A stretch of 64,000 nucleotides of DNA from Tubiluchus corallicola. Lineage: Eukaryota > Animalia > Priapulida. A program made the translations under genes and the position numbers. Positions 1-13,037 of this stretch are shown in pieces. The stretch covers positions 124,001 through 188,000 of the forward strand of contig JAQGDQ010000334.1 in the NCBI GenBank assembly GCA_030141605.1, in the 5' to 3' direction. Under the pieces are notes generated by a model that was not told where the DNA came from, did not search any database, and saw nothing but the letters and a program-made list of their open reading frames with translations. Numbering within the stretch: position 1 is the first letter of the stretch; each line of letters starts with the position of its first letter.

Positions 1-221
1 GGCTTAAGTATTAGTTGGTTGATAACTTTTGTTTACTACTAGCCGATTTTAATGGGAATGTTCCATTAGATTCCCAGCTGATGCAGCGCTGGTATTGTTT
101 ACATAATACTATACAGAATGATACTATAATAACAAACGCTTTTCAAATATGTTTTGCACGGTGATTCAGTAGTACTGCATTAATAAAAGCACGACAATCT
201 TCCAAAACTTATTTGTAACAG

Positions 222-278
222 ACACACACACACACACGCACGCACGCATACACACACACGCACGCACACACGCACGCA
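222..278. repeat. (CA)n/(CACG)n microsatellite
   Basis: Directly visible. Confidence 0.9.
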
Positions 279-2500
279 GGCTCAAATCAACAATTTACAT
301 TTTCATATCTTTTAAATGTTTCAGTTTTACACTATGCACAACAAATAACTAATAATACCTAGATTAGATTTAGCTTCAAACGATTCACAACTACTATACA
401 CAAGAATTAACTTTAAACACTTACTTAATTTATTTTTGCATACTCGAGCTGGTCTAAATTAACAATTGTTTAGTATAAAACTATTTCTGATCAAGTTAAT
501 AGTAGACATTACTAAATTTTTATCAAATTGAAGCATAATATTTATTTGGCATCAGCTATTTCTATGAAACGTATTCTTTTTGTATTATCTACTTTGCTGC
601 ATCTGAATAAAATGTGCTGAGGAGTTTGCTCTTCTCCACATGCACATAAACTAGCATCACACATATTAAGTCTACCCAGAAAGCTACTAAAATTCCCCTG
701 GCCAGTTAAAAAACACGGCAATGGATTCTATTTCCCTTTCATTATTTCCAAGCGGCAGGATCAATGGTTTACATTTTTTATTCTGCATTTCGACATTTTC
801 TCCTCGAAGTTGTATAACACACCTATATTTATTTGTCCAGGTGCAAGAAACATAACCCACAATTTGACGTTTAGTATATTTTAGCATATTTTCTGGAACT
901 TCTTTAAGATCTGCAGTACGGACGTTTTCATTCCACACAAATTTTAAAAAGTGTCTCACAGTCTGCGCATGTGTATACATAATATTTTTATAAATATGCC
1001 TTCCCGTCAGACGTGCACAACCGTACTTCAGAATATTTTGTTTAACTAAAATCATCGGCATTCTGACAATGTCATGAGACAAGATTTAACAACGATTACA
1101 ATTAATTCAACGTCTAACGGTGGAAGTCCACAAAGTAATTCCAATTTAGTTTGATCTGGTTTAGCTATCTACCATGATAGCAAGTCGCAAACTTCTATAT
1201 TTACTGCAATTGTTTTTACTTTCAACCATCTATACCAATACTTTTTATGAACATTACCCGCGCGTTCAGCAAATGTTAATTTCTGATCAACAGTAAGGCC
1301 TATGTCTTCAACAAACAATAGGTTGTTACTAATTGTTACTAATTTTTAAATTGTCCGGCTTATTATTTTCATCCTATGCCTCTACTAGCAATGCTTCTGT
1401 TTTACCAGGTAACGTATTTATGTCACTATTTGTAAAGCACATCGCAACAGCTTAGTGCAATTGTAACACAGGTATGCAGGACTGTATTTGACACATGCAA
1501 AGATCCATCATCAGCATACTTGTACTTTTTAACTGAGTCATGCATGTTGTAAAACATATCGGCAATGAAAAATATAAACAGTATTGGGGCTATAACTGAC
1601 CCCTGTGAAAGTCCTAAATTACATCGATATTAATCGGAAATACAATCATTTACCTTTATCCAGATATTACGATTTTGTAATATACATGCCATAAGGCGTA
1701 ACATAGGCCTTCGTACATTTGCACAAATAAGTTTAAATAAGAAACCTTCAACTCAAACACTGTCGAAAGCTTTTTCGTAATCACAGCAAATTGTTATACC
1801 GTATGCATTATTCAAAATGTCTTCTTCCATATCAGTAACTAATCTGGTTAAATAACGTACTGTATTTTTGCCTTTTATGAAGCCTTCTTGCTCTGCTCTG
1901 TATCGATGCAGTTTAACTGAAAGAAATGATTTTTAAGTCTATTTGATATTAAACGCTCAACAAGTTTACCTATATACGAAGAAATGGTTATTGGACGATA
2001 ATTACTGGCATTTGAATAATCGATTTTGCTAGGCTTTTTAGTGGAATTACTTTCGTGCACGTCCAAGGCCATAATTGATTTTCTAAGCACATATTTGCAA
2101 TAAGTAATACAATATTTTTTGCAACTGGCCCAAAATGTTTTATCATTTTTGGTAAAACCCGTCGGAGTCAAGCGACTTGCTTTCAGTTCGCACTTCACTT
2201 ACTGCATTTTTTAATTCTTGTAAATTGAAGCAGTACGTTAGACAGAAATTTTCGTCTTGTTCCCAGGCCATAACTGATAATGAGCGTTCAATGTGATTTT
2301 TCCAGTTTTCATCAAATTCTTCCGCGTTCAAATGTTCCCCACTAAAGTCTTATACATAAATCAGCACTCTCTGAGGCCGAGACTATAGGCGAGCCATTAC
2401 TAATTAGTATATCAACACTAGTATTATTATTGCTGTTTACAGCTTTAAAAATTCGTTTATATGTTTTCCAGAAGGTGGCACCTTCTTCTACACACAGTTG
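222..2500 (-). mobile_element. Degenerate non-LTR retrotransposon (LINE) ORF2 remnant with (TG)n tract at the 3' side
   Basis: Minus-strand RT motifs in broken frames: NYRPITISSYIGKLVERL, CDYEKAFDSV (~1760-1790), GLSQGSVIAPILF (~1580-1617), KYADDG (~1505-1522). C-terminal zinc knuckle CACGEEQTPQHILFRC at ~600-650. Boundaries approximate. Confidence 0.85.
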
Positions 2501-3799
2501 ATAATAACCATTTTGACATACTTTAGAATTTGATTATCCACAGACCCCTAAATTGGGTACTGACGCAATGTCAAGTCCACTAACAGTATATTTAGTATAT
2601 TCTGCCCGCGCGTTTAGTGTTGTTTGTGAGCAAATTTATAAGACTGTAGGCAGTAAGCCAATTAAACCACCTGATTGGTCAACGTGACGTGGTATCTTGC
2701 CGGTGACCGATCCCTCTATGTTACCCCCAGTGTTATAATAAACAATCCAGTATGTAACATTAGGCGAAACTTAGGTTTTATTTGAAATGTTTGTAATTTG
2801 GGTGAGCCGGCAAGCTGGTCTAGCATCGCTCAAAAAATATTGCGATGTAAATCATGTTAGGCCTAATATACGGAGAATTTTCAGAGTTTTCCCCCTGTTT
2901 ATGTGTAGATGGCCAGTATACCATCCTTTATATAATTTTCACAAAGGCTTCGTAAACATGTAATAAAAATAATAATCTTGTTTTCCTGGCAATTAACTTA
3001 TCACTTGGAAATTTCAGTCTTGCTAAGCACTGGCTACATCTAAGTTCTAGGTTATTTAGGCCTGTTGCTGGTGACGCGCTTGTTTCCCTGCCAAGACGCG
3101 CGTTGTGATAAACACTCTGTGGAAATACCCAAGAGAATATTCTCACATGCGTCTTTATTTATATTCACTGATAAAAGTCATATAGCGGATAAGTGGTGGT
3201 AAATATTAAGTAACACCGATATCACCTTTTTTAAGTTGAAACGTTGGTAAAATGTTTTGAACAATTTTACGCGCCGATATTTGTGTATGTGTATATGTGT
3301 GTATGTACACTAATTTTTTGGAAAGATATTTTTTTATTTTTAAGTCAATTAAGCACAATGGAATTCTATTAGAAATTAAAAAAAACTTTTTACAGAATTA
3401 ACTTCTTCATGAAATTTCTGATGAAACGCAAAAAGGTCTATGTACTAAAGTTTGCATCAGATTGCATTTGAACTGTTGTGGTCAGATTGCATCACCATAC
3501 GGACCAGTAAAAGTATTCTTTTTAAACGTTGATGTAAAGATTCTGTCCTGATCATAGTACATCTAAAAAGACATAGCACTATTATTTTCAATGTCGCAAG
3601 TACATTTGATGCAAGGGTGACGCGAACTTAAATAACTTAAAAACAGAGGCATGTGATTCATAGATTTGACCTATAGAAAGTGTTATTTCTAAAATCTCTA
3701 ACATTTCTCCTGAGTGTTGTGGTAGTACTTGTATGTGAACTATATTTTGCGAATAGAAATTATATATATAATTATAATTTTATAATTTTATATAATTAT

Positions 3800-3923
3800 A
3801 AAATTTGGCTTAACAATTATCTAAATATATATATTCTTTAAATGACTGTTAAAAATCATAAAATTTGGCTTAACAGTTATCTAAATATATATATTCTTTA
3901 GATAACTGTTAAGCCAAATTTTT
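3800..3923. repeat. Tandem pair of a 60-bp palindromic unit
   Basis: aaatttggcttaaca(a/g)ttatctaaatatatatattcttta occurs at 3801 and 3861; the second copy continues gataactgttaagccaaattt and forms a long hairpin. Confidence 0.85.
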
Positions 3924-4599
3924 TTCTTAATAGCACATAAATACTTGAGCAAAAGTAGCAAAAATAGTAAGCCAATTCTAACTCCTTAAACTTGTTCATA
4001 ATAAAGCATTATTAAACAGAAATTACTTACGTTTTTACAGAAACTCTTAACAGATGGCGCAATTGATCGGAAGATATGCATTACCAGAGAATGCAATATA
4101 GAATATGTCGTGCAAAATAGCCTGTAGATGTCGCAGCGTCCTTCCTCTCAAACTCCCAGTGACCACAGTAGCCCAACTAGCTTTACTTTATTATACATGT
4201 ATCTATATAACTAATGTTCACAAAATTTCATCATGAAAATGTCAGTTTTTGAAATTACGTCTACGCTAAAGCAGGCGATATTTGAAGTGACTTGGATAAA
4301 AAGCGTTTTATTCTACACCACATGCTTCTAAAGGCAGAGTGGTAAGAGACTAAGCTATACAGCGGTTACATGCTAAGTGGCCAAAAATTTTGTTTTTAGG
4401 GTTGCTTATAAATATACGTACAGACAGTTTAGATGAATAAGGCTATAGCTAGAGACTATATTGGCTCTGATTTATAATAAGCTCCCAGAATCCCGAGAAA
4501 AATAGCCAATCAAACAGAGACGATGCTAGTTAGTAAACAGGATATTTAACAAATAAATTACAAGATAAAATCAAATACAAAAAATATTAAAAACGCGGA

Positions 4600-5100
4600 T
4601 GGCAATGTCCACACAGTAAAAATAGTACATAATAATTGTCCACACCTTGTACACTCTACTATGCGTCGCCGCTTTCCAGTAATTACAGAAAAACAATCTT
4701 TAATGAACGGCATTAATGTCAGCTTCAAACAATTGCTTTATAGATGAAAATAGTAAATTATGAGCAGTGCTATATTTCGTTCTAACACACGCTGTAAATT
4801 CCAAATTGAAAAAAACACGCTCTTCGCTTTGAATTCTTACTTTATCACATGGGCATACTCTTCTATCCCTAGAAGCCCACCTGCCATTTTCTGCTAACAT
4901 ATCACGAGATGATAATTTTGCTCAAGTATAACCTAGCATATTCAGGAACATTAATGCTTAAGTACACAGAGCGTTGAATTAAACTTTCGTTCATGTAAAG
5001 ACTTCTATATGTAAGAAATTTAGTACCAGTAGCGTTCATTATCAATTAACGCCTGTTATTGTTATCATCTAAAAAGACATCGATATTCAAATTAGCGAGA
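4600..5100 (-). mobile_element. Decayed 3' end of a LINE
   Basis: LSSRDMLAENGRWASRDRRVCPCDK-x-QSEERVF resembles the RLSSHxLxIExGRW...RxC-C...ExExHVL C-terminus of LINE ORF2 proteins. Confidence 0.65.
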
Positions 5101-7552
5101 TTATCAAAATAGCACCACAACTTCCGCCAGGAATTGACTTGATTGTGTAGAACGTAAGAACGAAAAGATGGCAAAATTATTTAAACGGGACGAGTAAAGA
5201 CACGTGTATTATGTTGTTGTTCTTTTCTGTGCCACTAAGCACTTGGGAGATTAAGCCTACATTGAACACAAAGTAATTCATTTTTCACTATAAACCATTA
5301 TGGACGCTTAGATTCTTTTAGACAAAAAAATTTGACACTTCGAAGAGAAATGAAGTACATTCAGATATGTTCAGCATTTTTTCGTGGTCCGACGTTTTAG
5401 AATCTTCATCAGAGTAATCACAATAACGAATAGGGACTCGCATTTTGGTCAACCCACACGAAAAAAACATGACAAAAAAAATCATTCCCATGCATCCTAG
5501 TAACAACAAAGGCTATTGAAAGTCGATACAAAAACTGAAGAGCTCCATAACTTTTTTAATAGTTTCTGAAACGTTTAATGGAAATCTGTCCTAATTAGTT
5601 GTATAATTGCGCATTAATTTACACATTTATGTGGTTGTCGTTTGTTACCTGCATAACCCTCAATCCGGTATATCAGTTTTCAAAATGTAATTTTAAATTC
5701 CATAGCAATAAAACTTGTTAATTTTTGTTGATCAAAGAACAAACTCAATATCACGACGCCGTATATTGCTAATGATATTTTGTGTTTGACTTTTTTCAAA
5801 GCTTCGTTGTATTTGATTAATCATAAAATTTCTGAGTTATTTTGTTACTTCATGTGCATTTCTATTCTTTTTTGCTTTCATCTGAATCAGTTCACAGTGG
5901 TGACTAAATCTGTCTTACTAACATTAACAAAGAATTAATAATAACATAAGATTATGTAGAATACAATGTTAAACTCAATTCTGAAATTTCATCAGTATTC
6001 TTGAGTACGTTTTATATTGTAAAACTTTTGTTCAACAAGTGGTTTTTCTATTAAGTTTGTTCTGTTTCCGGTTGTTATGATCAATTTTTTTGCTTGGTTG
6101 AAGCTTTACAAAATTTTTAGAGAAATATTCTGATGCCTTCAAAATTTTCAGGTACATACTGAATACAGTAGATCTACATTTTCTTGATGAATAAATATGA
6201 AGAAGTCCATAACCTGGTAATAAATTCAGATTTTTAAAATACTTTATTATAATTAATTTGTTCTGTTCATTTTTACAATCGAATAAAATTCTGTACAAAG
6301 AAACAATGCCTACATCATTAACGGCGACAAGTCTGTACAAATCTTCGCAATCTAATCATGAATCTAAAGCTAAGACCAAATATTTAAATCGTCACATATT
6401 TTAGTCAGACACTATCCATTAACAAAATATACAAGTTGGGCAAATGCAACTCCGATTATTCAGAACATGACTTCCTATTAAAACTCTTGTACATGCAGTT
6501 AAAAAAAACATTTAATCTAGCACTGCATGCACACTCAAAGTAATCGCACCTCTTTACATTAAAGATAGAGGCAATATCTAATTATATGCCAATTTTTCAA
6601 AAAGGTAGAAAAACAAATAACAGTAGGTAGACTAATATTTCATGTTATCCCATCTGCATGTAGCAGAATCATAGTTAAGATAAGAGATTCAATTTTAGAC
6701 GTGTGACCGGTCATTCACCCTAAACTTTAAACAGTGCAATCGTTGCTCAACCAGGCCCCAGTTCAGTTATAAACTTGCCTTGCTGTGATAGCTGGCAATG
6801 AAAGTGCATGTACATGCAAACAAATATTGTAGTAAATAAACAACTTACAAAAGTTAAATTTTTATTGCGCTTTTTCGTTTTCTAACAAATTAAACAGCTC
6901 TATAAAATGTTTGCAAATGGGCCTGGAACAAAAACTGCTACAGATAACTGAATTAGTAATGACAGACAAATAGGGGAATAGCAAAAATAAGACAAATCGG
7001 TAAGCAACAAAGAAACAGAAAAAACAAATAAGTAGGATATGTGAAATAAGCATGTGATTTCTGAATTTGCACAATTTTAAACAACTTTGCAAATTATGCT
7101 TGTAAAGAAAAATATATAAACACAGCAATTTTAAGAGTAAACCAACTAGACTGTTAAAAGATTTCATATCATAACAAAAATCAGTGAACAATTATTTTTA
7201 AAGCAATGAATAATATGCATGCTGTAACATTACTAACTTGATTGCACACCTGAAATCATTCTCCCAAGAATCCTTACAATAAGTAGAATTAATTCACTAT
7301 AAGTTTATAACAATTTCAGTACATCCAATACAAGAACAGTCTCACAGACACTAAATATATGCCAAAATTTACATTATATATAATGTCTACCTGTACACGA
7401 GATATCGTATCATAATTTGTTCAAGAGGTAAATGCATTTATTCTAATCATTCCCAGGAGTTTTTAAGCCTATTAATTGTCCTATCTAGGACTTGCATAAT
7501 GTTCCTACCAACATCACAGAAACGCTTTAAATGTTAAGTTAAGGCATGCCTC

Positions 7553-7906
7553 CTAAACTGGTTGAGCGATACTCTTCGTACCATCTTTATTTTTATCATA
7601 CTCCATAACAATCCACGTGTGATTAATCTCAAAGAACTTCACAATGACTTTATAGATAGTGTTTTTAGCCTTCACTTCAACATACATAGCAGCAAAGAAT
7701 GCTCCGAAGAACAGCACACCGCAAGCCAGAGTGAGAACTTCTTCCTTGGTAAGCTCTAACTGATCAGATGATCTTTGTCCTCCATCTTTCTTGAAGCAGA
7801 GAATGAAAGATGTGGCACAACCCATCATAATTAGCAAGCACAGAAGAAAAATGCCGTGCAATATCTTGTCCTTCTTAGATACTGTTGGAAATTGCCAATG
7901 ATCAGT
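7553..7906 (-). CDS. MARCH ligase coding exon 3 (two TM helices, stop)
   Basis: ttatttcag acceptor; TDHWQFP...SIAQPV then TAG. Confidence 0.92.
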   Translation of the reverse strand, partial: TDHWQFPTVSKKDKILHGIFLLCLLIMMGCATSFILCFKKDGGQRSSDQLELTKEEVLTLACGVLFFGAFFAAMYVEVKAKNTIYKVIVKFFEINHTWIVMEYDKNKDGTKSIAQPV

Positions 7907-10900
7907 CTGAAATAACCATCATATTTTAAATATAGAGCAGCTTTTGTTACAATGAAACAGACGTTTTACAACTAAGTACAAAATACAAATAGTGCAACTC
8001 TTAAATAAACAGTTTTGTCTGGATTAATGCAGTAATATGTATATAGGACAAACATTACCCTGTACAGCATAATAAAAATAAAACCAGAAGTATTCGTTTT
8101 CAAATAAAAACCATTAGAGCATGAACTGTGTCTACTAAAAGCCAAACATGAAAATGAAAAAAATGTTGTTACAAGCAGAGCTCTATTGCTACTTGCACCT
8201 CTATTCGAATTTTGACTCTGTAAACTAGAACACTTGCTGTTACATTTAAATGTACTAAGACAGTTTTCCATCCCAAAATTATTAATTTATGGACTGATAA
8301 AAATTAATTTACGGAATGATAAAAACGACCAAATTCTAATGTATGACTTTAATTTTGATTTCTAGTTTGATACGCTTCTGTTGTGGTCTTCGTAAGCTTA
8401 CAGCAAAAACGTATTATTGTGCATATAACTTTCCAATAAACATGTTCAATTTATACTAGCAAGGGCACTGGTTACTGGCTGAATTAACTTCATCAATAAG
8501 CTTACTAAAGTAGCTCAAGGCAACTAGGACATTGGACAAAAAGCTTGCGGTCAAGCATGCAACGGAATACAAATGACCAATAGCTCAACATGATGGTAAA
8601 AAACCTTCACTGCGTAAAAAAACCACCTAGCGCAGAAAGCTTTGAGGATTAAAAAAGTGCTAAGCAGCAGGTTAAGAGACCTAATTTTTCGTTTCTGCCT
8701 TTTTATTCCCAGTATAGTGTACTTTTATCCAGGCACCAATGAATTAAAATGCGTTGCAGAAACGTTGTAAATGATGCAACGCGCTTGCATCTTTGCAGGA
8801 GGGTACGCAACGGTCAGTTCAACTATCGGTTACATTATTTCACGTCGACGTTATTATTACATTTACATGATGTGTTGTGACGGCGACAGAGACCAAACTT
8901 GTTCTTAGAAAAATCTGGAAAACAGTTTCGCCTTTTTCTTGTTAGGCTATTAACAGACCTGGACGTCCTTCCCATAGACGGGATCTAACAATTTACCGCG
9001 TGGCTTAGGTCAAGGTGAACTCATACTAATGGGAGGACATGTAGCGTTTGTGAGTTTTTCGGACTGCTGTTGCAGCGTGTTAACCTAGCAAACACGTGTT
9101 TTGTTTGAAAATTAAAATTCTTCATGTTTTTGTTTGGGTTAAAAGCTTTTACTCCGCCCCATTCTTATGATTTCACGTCTTTGAAATCATAGGCCAAACT
9201 TATGTCAACTTTTCAAGAGAGCGAAGAAACAATTTTGCTGGAAATAAAAACTCACTGTTTTTAAATAATGAATTAGTTGGGTTTTTAATTTTACACATTA
9301 AACCTTGAACTACTCAAATTTCCGAACAAGCCGTTTAAAAATTCTTGCATAATTTAAGGTAAGTTTAATTAATAATGATGGTAGCTAATACTGATATTTA
9401 ATAACAATGTTGAAATTAAGAATATAATGATTATTTAATTAGTAAATTTACACTTTTTGTTTATATTTGAACTAGGGTGCCTTCTAAGTGTTGAGGATCG
9501 AGTGGCGAGTGGTCTAGATTTCGGGCTGCAACTACGAAGTTTTGACAACGAATCTAGCGGCTGCCAATCCCAGCCAGGACAGGCAATAAGTGTTATACAA
9601 TAAAATGAATTTACAATTAAAAACACAAGTGAGGCTGTAATTAATTACATAAGTACTTAAAACTTTACATTTCATTTCACATAGTTCAGAAAATTTAACA
9701 CATTTACAATATTTACAAAATAGCTTTTTGTAAAATAGCTAAACGTATGAAATTGAAATTAGGTGCTTTATTGGTGTTTCATGTTGTCTTTGTCTTTTTC
9801 ATTGTTTCATTGTTTCATTGTTAGATCATTTTCCACTGATGATTGGATGACACAAATGACTGTGTAGCCTGTCCCTTTCTGGAACAGTGTTTTGCATCAA
9901 CTAGATATATCAAATTAAATAGTTCTTAAATGGTGCAGAAAACGTTGTGTTAAAGGCATCAAGTATAGCTATTACTCATTTCGCTAACACTATTGTGTGT
10001 TAGGGGTGAAAGTCAACAGCAGCATGTTGTGAGGGCGACGGTAAGCAAGGGTGTGTCAGGGTGAAAATCATTATGAACTTACATGATTTTAATATGAAAC
10101 AGGCGTCCTTGTACACGCAGCACTAGTCAAGGAAAGCACCTAAAGCTAAGAGATTAGCCAGCTCTCTTGTATGAGAAAACCCAAGTCGCTTACACCGGTT
10201 TAAATTTGTTTTTAACAGCTATGCGAATATTTGGTTATTAAAGATTACATCTAATCATCTGTATAACTTTATGGAATTAACTGATTTAAATTTCAAGTTT
10301 TATTAAGGAGAGCGGTTGCCCATAAAATTATCTCATACTAGTACGAAAAAAGAAGCACATCACGATTACCGAGCTTTCAAACAAAACCAGGCTTAGCAGA
10401 CATAGAAATATACATTTACGCAGAATGCTACTTCTAGTTTATGAATTTACAATTCATGTTATTCGAAACATGTGCGGCTACTAATAAACTAGTAGGACCT
10501 GTAGCGGATAGCCCTATAGGCTGAAGCCTAAGGCCCGGGATCAAAAGGGGCCCGGCAAAATAAAACGAAAAAAAAAATTGTTTTGTAAAAAAAATAAATT
10601 GACAAAAGAGCAAGGGGCCCGCCAAAATAAAATATAGAAAAGTTTTTTTTCAAACGTCAGTCATTATATTTCAAATCGGGTTTACACAAATCAAGTTTAC
10701 ACAATTTAAGTTTACATAATTCAAGTTTACACAATTCAAGTTTACACAGTTTAAGTTTAAGTTCAAAATTTCAGTTTCCGAATTTTTAAAAAAAAGCCCG
10801 TTTTCTTTAAAAAAGGCCTATTTTTTAAAAAAATAGCAACATTTAAAAGGCCCGTTCCAAGCTCAAGCCTAAGGCCCATAAAATCATAATCCGCCGCTGA

Positions 10901-13037
10901 GTAGGACATCAACTAAATACAAGTGGAAGCTTGAATAATACTTCTTTATGATACTTCTTTAGAATTGGCTTATCATTCCTGTTTGTGCTTAAGCTATAGG
11001 CGTGTAATATTTTTACAGCACAGCTGTCAGAGCAGTGATTACTCATACTGCTGCTGTTGCTAGGCAGAACACCAAGAGTTGAAGAAACCTGCTATCGACC
11101 AATCATAAAGCCAGCAAGCGTAATTTCCCTCATGGCTCCCATAAGCAGAGTGAAATGTCCATTTGATATGATAGCAGTTGACAATCGGTTATTTACAAAC
11201 AAGTTTCCACAAGAATACACAGGACAAACATTGATACTGTTTTAGATTTGAAAATATATCGAGTTTTCCCAAATTAGCATTACTGTTAACTTACATAAAA
11301 TAAGCGTCATATAAGCGGAAAAAATAAATGAATTGATAACTAAAAATTAGTATTAACGGTGTAAACAAGAAGTTTCTACCAATGTCGCAAAAATAAACCT
11401 GTCTAATTCGGCTTTAATTGCTGTTCATATAAAATGATAGGAAAAATAAGATGGTAAAGATTGTGATTTATGAGACATGACAGTTATTGGAGTTATGAAT
11501 ATACAGTATTAATAGCCAGCCAACTCAATGAACTCACCCTAAATTTCTTGTGCCTTTGATATGGATAACTGCATAATTCACATACAGGAGGCTTCTTGGA
11601 CCGTCTTGCTGAGATTTGAAGCCATTTCTGTAAAAAAGATAAACTTTACATGCACTTAAACTGCGCTAGACTAAAAATCAATAAAAAGTGAGCAGATTAT
11701 CATGTCTTTCAAAATTAGGATGCAGCAATTTAATGTACAAAAATCTTATAGGTTTGCGCGAAAGTCAGTTACTGACTGGCTGCTGCTAAGGCACTATGCC
11801 TATATATAGCTAGATCAATAATACACAAACAGCTGACTGAATGGCTGGCTTCATATAAGTTATACTTTACAGATGTTAACAAAGAGGAATGAAACCAGAT
11901 CTCACAGCACAGCTGATTCAGTCGCTGCATAAAAACTCCTATAAAACTTACCATAAGGCATGTATAGTGAACGTGCATCATCGTACCAGAGCATCGACAA
12001 GGCGTTATGAGACCCTCCCTATCATCACCTGGACACAAACAGATTCTGCATATTGGCACCGTTGATTGATTGACTATGATTCCTGGGCCCTGAGGACATG
12101 AGATACTTCCGACACGACCAGTCTTGGCGCTGTAACGGGGGTACTCCTGTTCAGTTACTGTGTCCGGCTTAAAAACGTCATCCAAGTCGTCCGGATTTTC
12201 CTCGGAACTTTCATCGCCACCCATCCAACCAGTGATTGGCTTATCACCAATGAAAAATTGTACTTTTCGGTGATCCACAGATTCATCACTTGTACAAGAG
12301 TCATCATTTCTTGTCCTTACAGCATCACCTGCAATTTTCACTTTTAGGAATTTATCACTTCGAGCCAGCACGACATCACTGTATTCATCACGCTCTAATG
12401 TACAACTCACTTCCTCGTTTTCAGCATCATCATTAGAATCACAACTTTTGGCAGGATAATCTCTCATCTCCAACATATCTTTTATTTCAAAATCATCATG
12501 ATCACGTGCGACCCTCGCTAGCAGATCCCATATATTTTCCTGAGACGGGCTCCTATGCATACCGCGGGGTTTGTCAGGGTACAGGAATGCATCATTATTA
12601 CATACATTTGCAGGATTTCCTGCAAACATAATGTTTTCTGCACTAGGTGTATGTGCACATATGGCTCCTTCTCCCGACAATGCATGATATTGTCCAACTT
12701 GCCCTACAGGAGGATCACCATATCGCTTTTTCTTTAGAATCGATTTACGTCTAGGTGTTGACTCTTCTGCTTCCCAAAAGTCCAAAATTACACTTTGTGA
12801 CGAGTGCACCTCAGGTATGTCCAGACTTATGCTACATTCAGTCTGGTCAGAGTCAGAGTTCTTGACAGGTGAGCTATGTACACTCCACTGCTGCCCATCC
12901 TGCAGGAGAGGTATTGTCACATCACACGAATCACCGGATAGATGGCGTCGGCGCTCTTGTTCCATTAGTGGCAAATGGATGTCAGGAGCCCTAGATGAAG
13001 ATTCAGGAATGTCAGTGCATTCTACAGCACCCACCAT
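7553..13037 (-). CDS. MARCH-family (RING-CH/RINGv) membrane-associated E3 ubiquitin ligase, 509 aa, 3 coding exons
   Basis: Exons 13037-11952, 11627-11538 and 7906-7553, all GT-AG and phase 0. C4HC3 RING-CH: CRIC...LITPCRCSGTMMHVHYTCLM|KWL...CELC. Two TM helices follow (ILHGIFLLCLLIMMGCATSFILCF; VLTLACGVLFFGAFFAAMYV), then the MARCH-type N-x-x-W-x-V motif. In-frame TAG upstream of the ATG; acceptor just before 13067. Exact orthologue not assignable by eye. Confidence 0.93.
9490..9600 (+). mobile_element. Possible decayed tRNA-derived SINE head
   Basis: A-box-like gtggcgagtggtctag followed by a degraded B-box region; GC-richer than its surroundings. Confidence 0.3.
10499..10899. mobile_element. 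hAT-type MITE in MARCH intron
   Basis: Termini ctgtagcggat...atccgccgctg with a perfect 8-bp TSD AGTAGGAC (10491-10498 and 10900-10907). Internal ~15-bp tandem aagtttacacaattc. Confidence 0.85.
11538..11627 (-). CDS. MARCH ligase coding exon 2 (KWLQISARRSKKPPVCELCSYPYQRHKKFR)
   Basis: ttttttacag acceptor, GTGAGT donor, 90 nt, completes the RING-CH. Confidence 0.93.
11952..13037 (-). CDS. MARCH ligase coding exon 1 (acidic disordered N-terminus and first part of RING-CH)
   Basis: 362 codons ending ...HYTCLM|GTAAGT. Confidence 0.92.

Noticed and set aside
11769-11951. C-terminal extension of the 422-aa ORF (VSFIGVFMQRL...)
   Set aside because: Intron read-through; the GTAAGT donor at 11951 joins the exon that completes the RING-CH.
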